From NCBI GenBank assembly GCA_963920595.1, contig OY986948.1, positions 3,472,001 to 3,536,000 of the forward strand: a stretch of 64,000 nt of DNA, in the 5' to 3' direction. Each line of letters begins with the position of its first letter. The first letter of the stretch is position 1. The translations under genes and the position numbers were made by a program. Of this stretch, positions 12,902 to 23,669 are shown piece by piece. Below the pieces are notes generated by a model. The model did no database searches. It had not been told where the DNA came from and saw nothing but the letters and a program-made list of their open reading frames with translations. Source of the stretch: Eimeria praecox (Eukaryota).

Positions 12902-15430
12902 AAATACAAGCCTCCGCCATTTAACCAGCTAGCCATTCAGGCAATAGCCAGCTAGCCATTCCGCCTCCTAATCAACTAGTCTACACAGCATTGTCAAACC
13001 GCCGTTAGTAGCATTGGCTTGTGAAACTTCCTATGCTACGTGAACCGCCGTACTTTAACGTCTGGCCTCACACAGCCCACACAGCGTGAATATGCCAGGC
13101 GTCAAAGATGTGGGAGAGCGTCAGAGTTCAAATTTCAAACACTGAGGCCATCCCACCTCACAAAGCTGTCCCGATGTTTCCTTCAACTTACAGCGATCAT
13201 CCTACACTTTTATTCAGTCGTTTACGTCGACTGTTTCAAAGTTTGTCATTCCGCTAGAGACGAGCTGCGCAGCTTGATCGCTTCTCGAACACGTAGAAGT
13301 GAGCTGCGCTGGCGATTCAAACATAAACCGATACCGCATGACAATTAATATTTGAATTCGTAGTTCACACAGCATCAAGAACACAGGGGAAGTGAAAACG
13401 CTATTGCGTTGACTAGGAGAGGTGGTAACCTGCGCTGAGGGAAAGCTTACAGACGCCGTTGCCTGATTATTGGTCTTTTGCTGTTAGTCTACCACCTAAA
13501 TTTGTCGTCCCCTTACTTTCTGCTCAGCACAAGCAGAAGAATGAGAAGAAAGGAAGCTGAATAAGCATAAAATGCCTATCTACAGGTAGGCATGGAAGCC
13601 CTGCAGCAGTAATTGACAGTAACGGGGCAAAAGAGAGGCTACAGCAAGCAAGCACACACTTCATGAGGTCGAGCATGAAGCCTTCGCTTGAGCCCTTGTC
13701 AAACTCTAAGTATTCAGGTTGCTGTGTGACAATACGTGAGAGAATTTACAGTCAAGTGCAACCAAAGATTAACATCACCGCCTCCCGTAGTTGCGGTTTC
13801 TGTGCTTGAATATTGGCGTGTGTGGATTCACTCCAAGCATCCCCCGCAAAAGTTGCCCGACTCTCTTCATGGAGAGTTCTACTTGCCATTTTGGTACTAG
13901 TTAAGTTTGTATCTTCACTGCTTCACCCAGGTTTACTCCATTTCTCCCAGTATCCATGGAAATATGCCACCATCGTCGGTCTGCTTGCTGTTCTGAAGCG
14001 AATTTTCTAGTTATTTCCTGGCATCTATGCTTCAAAGGGGCTTTGAGCCTACTAACGCTCCTTCAGTGTCGAGCATCCTCCTGTAGCTTGTAAAGTTTCA
14101 CATTCCCCTCCCATTCGCTGCACTAGGGTTTATCTTCTTTAGTTTTATATTAAATATAATGTACGCTGGCCGCTACTCTCTACTTTCATTTGCCAGCCCA
14201 TATTCAGCCGCTTGGGGTTACATCCTCAAGCTGGTTCTGGGTCACTGTTGCTGTCTCCCGTCTTTGGTGAATCTACGCATGAAGCGGCTTGACTAGTTGC
14301 TCCTCCTGCTGTTGCAGCGCAATGCATGCCTGGGCCCAATATGGCTCTGCTTCGCTAATGAGCAGAAATGAGCAGAAGACAGTTTGAGGTTCTTGCTGCA
14401 CTTAGATGATCTGCCGCTGTAGAAATATCGCGAATAGGCATACTCAGAGTTCACGAAGTGCTTCTTATATTGGGAACAATTGAGTCTGTTCCAAACAGAA
14501 CTGCGGCTGACAGAAACAGTCATCCCTACGTAACGGCATTTCACTCCTCGAGTTCCTACCAATATATCATTTTTGTTCACGGTCGTTTTATTTTTGATGC
14601 GTGTAACGTATGAACCCTGCATTCAAGTAATAATTAACTGCCTAGTTAATTAATTAGTACTAATTAATATTTAAATCGGTATTGGCTTTTGCTTGAATCT
14701 CCAGCGCAATTTTCTGTGTGATCGAGAGTGCGCAGCTCGTCTCGAGAGGAGAAGCAAAGATTGGAACAGTCAATGTAGACGACTTAATTAAAGAGTGAGA
14801 TGATCGCTGTAAGTTGAAAGAAACATCGGAACCGCCTCGTGAGGTGGGATGGCCTCAGCGTGTGAAATTTGAACTCTGACGCTCTCCCACACCTTTGACG
14901 CCTGGCATATGCATGCTGTGTGGGCTGTGTGAGGCCAGACGTTAAAGTACAGCTGTTTATGTAGCATAGGAACCTTCACAAGCCAATGCTTCTAACGGCG
15001 GTTTGACAATGCTGTGTAGACTAGTTGATCAGGAGGCGGAATGGCTAGCTGGCTATTGTCTGAATTGCTAGCTGGTTAAATGGCAGAGGCTTGTATTTCT
15101 AGAGAGATACAGTTGCCAACATGGCAGCCAAGCCGACAACTAGAATTGCGGGGAGGGCAGCTGCTGTCGAGGTGCCGTTACTAGGGAGCTTCAGGTCCTC
15201 TTCAGTCATATCGCTTAATTGAGTTTTTCTTGTAATAAGCGCGTTGAAATAATCCTCACTGCAAAAAAAGACAAACATAAACGCAATACAGACGAACACA
15301 TCTGCTACTATAGTGATTGGTGGTGTGTGAATCCTTTCTGAATCCCCCTCGTGGAGATCATATTCCGAAACCGAAGGCTTACTCGAAAGGGGCTTGGTTC
15401 TCCGTCGCTGCAGGGCTTAGCTGACAGAAA
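12570..15430. repeat. Inverted repeat: arms ~12570-13335 and ~14675-15430 around a ~1.3 kb spacer
   Basis: The end of exon 4, intron 4, exon 5 and ~430 nt of 3' flank of the two convergent SAG genes are reverse complements, e.g. CTAGTCTACACAGCATTGTCAAACCGCCGTTAG at ~12976 and its reverse complement at ~14991-15023. Confidence 0.92.
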
Positions 15431-16549
15431 AGTACAGCATCATTTGTTTGGGCTGCACCCTGCTTTTGTGCGCTAGTACTAGGTGAAGAAGCTGTTGTGT
15501 CGGTGCATTTTCCAATGATGCAGCCAATTTGAGTGCTGTTAGCCGCCAGAAGATATGACACGTTTGCACCTGCCTCATCCTGCCAGATCTTTTTCCACGC
15601 GTCTTCGTTCGCAGGGTACACTTTGCTGTAACAGTAAGATAAGCAGTTAGCACAACACAACACATGTATAATGATCAGACGCTGGCTGCAGAGAAAGCAA
15701 TGAGGCTATACTGGCAGGCAGGCGGTTGCGTATCTGCATGCTGAGTTTCACCACTGTTGTCCTATATCATGCAAAGAAAAAACAGAGAACTTCTTTGTGG
15801 TGATGGTTGAGACAGGCTTTTCTTACTTGAAAACATTCAATCCCTTGTCAAGGGCACTCTGCACCAGTGGACGGTAATCAAAATCGGGCTCGTCAACGAA
15901 GGGGAAGTGGATCAACTTCTTCTGTACAGCAAAAATATGAAGAGAACTACTAGACAGTTTCCTTATGCTCAGAACAACAAGACAGTTTGCTTATGCTCAG
16001 ATCTCACGCAATGAGCTGATTGCTGTCCAGTTTCTGCAGGGTTTAGAGTTGCTGAAGCTGATTCTGCCCCAGCAGCAGTTCTTGTAGGGACTATGTTGAA
16101 TACTATCCTTTTGCAGTTGCTGCACTTACAAGGTTGTTTTTCTCTAACAATGCATCGCAAGAATCTCCAGTGACACTTGGGTCCTCAACTTTCTCCACCA
16201 AGTCATCAGCAAGTTTTGGATCCCTTGTCACATCACTAATGTGAACTGGCATCTTCCCATTACGAGCCAATTTAACAGTCAAGTAGGCATCTGAAGCAAA
16301 AAAAAAACAGGAGTAAAGAGCCACTACAAGCGGATCAATGTTTCTTGCTAGGTGCCACAGCTGAGCACTTAACAACCTGATCGCAAACAAGACAAGAAAA
16401 ACACCAGGAAAATCTGAAATTTAAAAGGTAATAAACTCACCGTCTTCTACAACCAGTGATTTAAATTTATATGTAGGGCCTGCCGCCGCTGATTGGAGCC
16501 CACACAATGCAGCGAGGCAAACAGCTGCCGTTTTGTATGTGAAAACCAT
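15099..16549 (-). CDS. SAG: GPI-anchored surface antigen, SAG family (sagC-like), 5 exons, ~255 aa
   Basis: Minus-strand exons 16549-16441, 16290-16130, 15921-15827, 15625-15383 and 15258-15099 (768 nt, in frame). Signal peptide MVFTYKTAAVCLAALCGLQSAAA; same motifs and GPI tail as 11462-12901. Confidence 0.93.
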
Positions 16550-17700
16550 TGTGACAGAAGGACAAAAGGACAGTGAAAACAAGTATTTTTAAAAGGGCAA
16601 TATAAATTGAGTCAAAGAGAAAAGTGTGTGAAGGGAGACAAGGGGCATAAGGAAGTCAGAGTCTGCTGGTCCCCGAGGCTGTGAAACAGCAACGGGGCCG
16701 GTCACTTAGCGTGAGGCAGCAGCAGGCTCTCCCGAAGTACGCATTATTTCGTCGAAACCAAAGTGCAAACAAAGATATAAATTAAAGATACCCACAATAA
16801 GTAAATCCATGCCAGGAAAACATTTCTATTTAAAGGGCTGCACACTCTGGCTTTGCTTCTGTTCGTGAATACTTCTCGCGTACGAGACCACTGGGGTTAC
16901 AATCTAGATCGAGCGCTTAGCGTGAGACCTACGCGCCTGAAATATGCAAACTGTAGGATTAAAATAAAAATTTCAACAATAAGTATTAGGTAAATGCCGC
17001 AAATGGCGCATTTTGTTGGCCTGTGACATCGAGCAGACGGTCTGAGGCGCGCCGCCCCATGAGCAAGATATAACACGGTTACTGCATTTCAAATATATCC
17101 ATGGAAACCTGAAGAGAAATAGAAAAGGAATTCTTTTCAGCCTCAGAAGCTGCTCCGATGTGCTGCAATTCTCGCAAGGAAAGTGAAGCGCGTGTCTATG
17201 CCAGTAGGTCTTTCGAGCTCATAAACAACAAGCACAACAGGCCGTCAATCCCTGAGCATCATCTCAGTATTCTCCTCTGTATCGAGATAAAGGATTTATT
17301 TGATGTCTACAAATGCAGATTTCCCCATCTACACTCCACTTTGGCACTTGTGTTTCTTGAACATTTCTGCTTCTTTGTCGGAAAGGCATTCCTCCACTTT
17401 CCGCCGCAGTTGCCTACACACTTCACACCTAACCGTATTTCACCGAAGTCATTTCAGCTCCAAATACTGTGATGGAGGCATACATGTAGCTTAATGACAA
17501 ACAGTCTCTCATTTAACATTGTAGGCAGTCTTGTCGAGAAACATGATTGAGTTTGCAAGTCCTTCCCCTTTTGCTTGCTTGTTCTACTCTAGAATTCCCT
17601 GTAGTAGATTTGAACTGTTTAATATACGCTAGCGGGAAGCCCTGTCCTCTTCAGTTAAATATATTAACAGATATTTAGAAGAAAAGAGGGCGAGCCAAGT

Positions 17701-17772
17701 GAGCCAAGTGCTCAGTGGTTGGAGTTCACGCTCTCACGCGGTGGTTCATCGTCAATGCAACGTAACACGCGC
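17701..17772 (+). pseudogene. Possible degenerate tRNA-Glu(CTC)-like relic
   Basis: GTGCTCAGTGGTTGGAGTTCACG-CTCTCAC-GCGGTGG resembles the D-arm/A-box and anticodon arm of eukaryotic tRNA-Glu(CTC) (TAGTGGTTAGGATTCGGCG-CTCTCAC-CGCCGCGG). There is no intact GTTCGA T-loop or acceptor stem. Confidence 0.3.
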
Positions 17773-18205
17773 GTTTCATCTATGGTTTTCTACTAATCTT
17801 CTCGGCTTGTTTCTTATATTTTCTGCTTCCTCCTCTTTTCCTAGACTTCTTGCTCGATTGATTGATAGCCAAAGCATCCGCGTTTACCTGTAATATTTGC
17901 ACTGCTTTCCATGTTCTGCCTACAACAGGGGTCGGATTCTTTTTGCATGTCCTCGCGATTTCGTCATGCGTGCTGCTCCCAACACACAACTCTGTCAGGA
18001 GTTTCGTTGTTTTTTCATGGTTTTTTTCTGCTAAACACAGTCGTATTTGGGGTGCAATAATGCTGTACAGCATGTTCGAGAATGCTCAAACGTGCGTTGG
18101 GCTATGCACATGTACACGCTTCCATGCAAAGATGCGTGTCAACAGCCCTCTGCGTATGCACGTGAGTACATATTCACTTACCGATGCATCTTGCCTTGTT
18201 GCTAG

Positions 18206-18262
18206 CAGCCAATCCTTGGCCGTCGATACGCTATAAGCGTATCGAAGGCCAAGGATTGGCTG
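18206..18262. repeat. Near-perfect inverted repeat: 27-bp arms, 1 mismatch, 3-nt loop
   Basis: CAGCCAATCCTTGGCCGTCGATACGCT-ATA-AGCGTATCGAAGGCCAAGGATTGGCTG. Confidence 0.96.

Positions 18263-18265
<3 letters not shown>

Positions 18266-18332
<67 letters not shown>
18266..18332. repeat. (AT)n microsatellite abutting the hairpin
   Basis: Read directly from the sequence. Confidence 0.97.
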
Positions 18333-18335
<3 letters not shown>

Positions 18336-20598
18336 TGTAGGGTGGATGCCTGCTAAATGATAGTTCTTACGTACTGCTTCCCTTGGAATTGCTTTCTCAA
18401 TGAATCGATTGCTCCCGGGAAACCAGATCTTCCCATTCTAGCACAGCTGCAAGTACGCCTGCTGAAAAGAATATGCGTACATGTTCATGCATGCATATAG
18501 GGGTGTACACCAATATGCAGAAGTGCATGCACACATCACCTGGGGAGGATAAACACCAAAATAAATGCTCATACTAAAGCGTGGGTAAGGAAGAGTATGG
18601 AGACATGCATATATCCCCGTGTATGTTAACATGCAAACACATATAGAAACTGTAATAGAGCACGGTAGGCACTCAAGAACAGCACATATACAAACACAGA
18701 ATCATATCCGCTTCCTCATCAAGGACAGTAGACGTATCCGTGTGGATACCTGTACAATCTCGTGCATTAACACAACTTATATAGATAGCCAGATGCTTAG
18801 AAACCGCTGTATACAGCAAGATGCATTTATTCACATATAAACTCACGCCCATACATGTATGTCCCACCTCAATAGGAATGCCGACATAGATAAATACAGT
18901 TTATACTCTTTTCCACGCAAAGTATATCCAGATATACTTCTCTCCACCGACAAGAACATTCTATCTGCATGCATACGTGCATACGAACTCATAGATATGC
19001 ACGTGCACATACATACATGAATGCAGATACGATGTTCATAAGCACAGACATACGCATGCAGTATAGCGGATTTGTTTCTACAGCTATACTGCATATGCTG
19101 TCACGTATAGAGGGGAGCTGCTTAATAAGAAGCAGACAAACGTTCTTTCTAGTGACGGGCTCAGTGAGAGAAGAAACAAACTCAGAGGTAAGCGACGATT
19201 TGAATGATTGCAGCTACGGTTTTGTTTTGCCTCTCTCTCAACTGACAAGAAGCAGAAAGGGAGGGTGTTGAACATAGAGAAGCATCAAAAAAGACAGAAA
19301 GCTCTGTTAACAATCCTTCTATCAGCTTTGGCGTTTCTCAGAAAGAGTCAAACTTATCGTCTACACACTTGAAGGTGTTTCTTCCTGCCGTTCAATGTAT
19401 GCTTGAATCTCTTAAGATGATGTTTATGCTAGGCCCTGTCCTCCTGTCTTTTCTGCATCACCTTCCCAAGTCGATATTATCCGAATAGATTCGATTCTTT
19501 AAATGTTTATTCGCTTAATTCAATAAATATATTAAAATGGCGTTGTTATTGCAAGCGAATTTGACAGAATGCTGCAGTCGGAATTTTCAAGGAAGTCGCC
19601 GATGTGAGCTATGAAGTGCAATTTACTTTTATGAATAAATTGTTCGATATTATTAAATATTATTTTTCATAATTAAATTATTAATTATAAATCCCCCTAT
19701 TATAATCTATCTATCTATTATAATTATTTATAATTAAATTAATTCCCTTACATGCTAATAATGTTGCATGCACCCCTGAAGAAACTAACGAAAAGTAGCA
19801 ACTCAGTACTAATCACACCTCAACATATTGATGAAGATGCAAGAAAGTCTTTGTCAAATATTAAAGGACAAGTACACCTGCTCCTCTTCCATGTCCTGGA
19901 CCCCTAACAAGTTTCTTTTCTGTATTTCTCGGGGATATCTGACTACGTAGCTAGCTAAATAGCTAGCTATCTCACTGTCTAGCTAGCTGGCTGACTAGCT
20001 GACAGGCTATCTGACTTGCTAGCTAGCTGAAAGCTGTGTTTCCTAAGTAGACGAAGATGCATGCACAGCAACAAAGTTGATGTCTGTGGTGAGAACAGAA
20101 AGAACAGCAGCAGCAGCAGCTTTTATATTACTCCGTGGTTGTGTTTGTCCCTATTTATTTTGATTAATGGCTGAATGCATGCAATGAGCTTAGTTTAGTT
20201 TATCCTCGCTGTGTGGAAAGCGAAATAACAACAAGAAGAGAAGAGCTGCTTTCCGTTGCACGCAATGTTGTAAGCGAAGCTGAGTTTCTCTATCTTAACT
20301 TTTTTTGTTTAAGGTATATCTTAATCTAAAATATATTTTAAACAAACACTGTGTTGGGCGAAACAAAACACGCAAAATTGGCTATCTTACTTATCCCCCC
20401 CAGTGCCTCATACTCTCTATTACAAAGGAAAGCTGCAAACACTAAAACCAATATCAAGTAGCTGAGCATAAGAAATATTTTCTGTCTTCTGTAGCAAACA
20501 TGTAAATAACGTTTGTAGGATAGGCTCTGTGTTTGTTGTAGAACGTTCAAAACTAAACTAACAACAGATTTGTAGGTAGTTAAGACAGATTAGTTGTA

Positions 20599-20647
<49 letters not shown>

Positions 20648-21330
20648 GAACTACCTAGCATGGCAACTACTTTGATTTGTTTTTTCACTGTTTCAAATCA
20701 CAGAATGTTTATGAGAGTTCACCTTAACAAACGATTAGGTAGATGCAACGTCTAAATAAATAAAATAGAAATAAAAACATAAATAATAAAAGCAAAGAGC
20801 AGCAGGAAGGCAGCGGAGTGTAGACGATTTCATGGGCTGTTTCGTATTGCTTCATTAATACTATCAACTTCTATTTCTGAATAATCTTAACCATTCAATC
20901 AACACTTCCTTAGTCGAGTTTGCTGATGATGATGAGAATAAGAGAGATTGCTGCAGTGCTGTACATACACCGCATTTTGTAGCAAAAAGAAGAAAAAAAA
21001 TAATAATATGCAAAATCTTACATCATGGGGCTTTGCATGCGTTTACTTACTTTTCTTCATGCATGCAAGGGGAGAGAAGTCTTTGAGTTGTTGCTCGAGT
21101 ATCTTTAACATACAACATCAGATTATAACATATCGCTGAACCTACTAACACGAAAGAAATGTTTGTTGTGTAGAGAGTTAAATATTTTTAACAAGTTTAT
21201 GTTAAGTAAAGAAAGAAGAGACAAATACAGCACCTGATAGCACAATATTTGTGTTCTGGTTAGAAAGATTAGAATAGTATATATATATATATATACATTT
21301 ACATATATATATATATATATATACATTTAC

Positions 21331-21413
<83 letters not shown>

Positions 21414-23669
21414 AATAGGACGAAGATGTCTTTCAAATTTTTTTTTGCTTTCGGCTAAGACGTTAATTTGTTGATTTCTACTAAAATTTAAATCTTAGTG
21501 TAAAAATCAAATCAGCAGGTTTATATTTGTAAGGTTTATACCCTATCATTGAGTTAACTACATCTATATAATATCTATAATATCTATATATATATATATA
21601 GATGTAGATATAATATAATACACATATATAGTATATATAATATGTAATATATATTTTATGGAGAGGGGAACAACAGAAGGAGAAGCCACTTTTCTTCTTG
21701 TTTTATACTTTCGCTGTTTAAACATTTTTGTTTATTTCTTTTGTTTTATTTTTCAAATTTTAATTTTATTTAAAATATTAGCAGCTTTCTCTCTGTTTAT
21801 ATTAAAATGAATTAACTACAAAACAGATCCTATTATATTTGTCTTCTTATCTCTTTCAATTTATACAGAATTAAAGACTTAGACCTACGAGTTTGAGGGC
21901 TGCTGCTGTTGCATGCAAAAGCTATTTGTAGACTGTTTCTTTCGAGTGTCTCTACAGCTATGACCTTCAACTACAAATTGTATCTGCAGCAACAACAGTA
22001 GCTGTTATTGATGCTGTATATCCCTCTTTAAAAGGTTTTAAAGGGAAGCAGCACATGTGTCTAATCTGTATTCAAATAATAAAAAAAAACGAGAAAAAAC
22101 TAAGTACAAAATCAAAATATTATAGTTGAAAGATATAAGAGGCGCAAAACAAATAATTGTAGTAATCCCCCTACCTGTCAATACACCAGAAGACACAACT
22201 TCAAATATTAGAGTAAAAGATTAAACAGACAACCTCAATTATGTAAACTAGACGGTATAGTTGAAGGCCTCATATTATTTTTCCCCCATATATAAAGAAT
22301 TTAGTTATTTATCTTAAGACAGAGCCAGTATGAATCGAAGGTGTACCTATTTCTATTTTTTCATATTTTGCTATTTTAATCTGTTTTGTATATAAAAGAA
22401 ACTTGGCTTGCAGTCAATGATTGTTGATTAGCTATAATTTATGTCGTCTGTTTAAAGTAGATATTTTATATATTTCTACTTGAATATACATAAAATATAC
22501 TACTACTGTTGTATATATATGTATTTCTGCCTGCATGCAGGTTGCATCCTTTCTGCCCTACAATCATCTAAGAATTATCTACGGATTCAGCGCATGCAAG
22601 AAGGCGGGGCTTTCGCATGCAGCAGAAGACGCAGCAAGAAGTAGTGTAACTATGACGGAAAATATTGTCTCCCCCCTCCATCATCAACCTCAACAAGCCC
22701 TTCTGTCGCTGTGTGAAGGACTGCTAGAGGCTGTAGAGAGGTTTATTAACGGCTGCTATTGCAAACATTCATGTATTAAAGCATTTCAAACATGAATACT
22801 GTACAACTATGCTCTGCAGGGATCGAAGCCTGCTGTTGCAACACCAGCAACCATATATTTGGGATCGCATTGAAATACACTAAGTTATTTTAAAACTTTG
22901 AATTGATTCTAGAAACTACTCGGTTTCCTATCAGAGAGCACATGCGCGTACGGTGTCTGTACACCCTATATAGCAGCCCCCCCACGGGGGCGGATCTGTG
23001 GTATTTTCATTTAAAATAGTAAGACCTCATCTTTAAAGCTTCTCAAAGAGAAAAAAACACTTAAAAGTATCTGTTTTCTCTGATATGAGCAGAGTCAGAG
23101 GAAACAAAACACGTCCAATGCAATCCTTAGGATGCTGGGGTGTATATACAGCATGCTCCTTCTTTGTGTTCTTAGTAGGAAGGCAAGACGCGTAACGATC
23201 GAAGGATAAGCGACATTTAAACAAGTAAAATAGGAAATAGAATCAAATAACTTACAATAAACATTTTAATTATACTTTCTATAAACCCTAAACCCTCAGC
23301 TTCCCCAACGCTGTCGCTCTTATCCTACCGACCGAAGGAGGCCCCAGAGCTCGTGAGATGCCTTGCTGAGGGCCCCTCGGCTATATTCGTAGGTTTTTCC
23401 TTCTTTTTATCTGTATATTTTGGTTGTTTTCGTATTTTGTTATGTAATTCCCTCTCCTGGCTGTATTTAAACACGCAAACCTTCATAGATCTCCCTCTTT
23501 TCTGTTGTCTGTTGCCTCTAGGCAGACGGCGCGTCTGCTGCATCTGATTACGGTTCCTTTGTGTTTCTTTGTGTTCTTTCTGTCATTCAAATACTATTTT
23601 TAATCTTTTTCTGCTTTTCTCTCTCTTTTCTGTCTACGGATTCCCCCGGAAAGCCACCGTAAGCACCCC

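Noticed and set aside
22535..22795. 86-aa ORF or possible exon in the transition zone
   Set aside because: No recognisable motif, and I could not build a spliced model with its neighbours.
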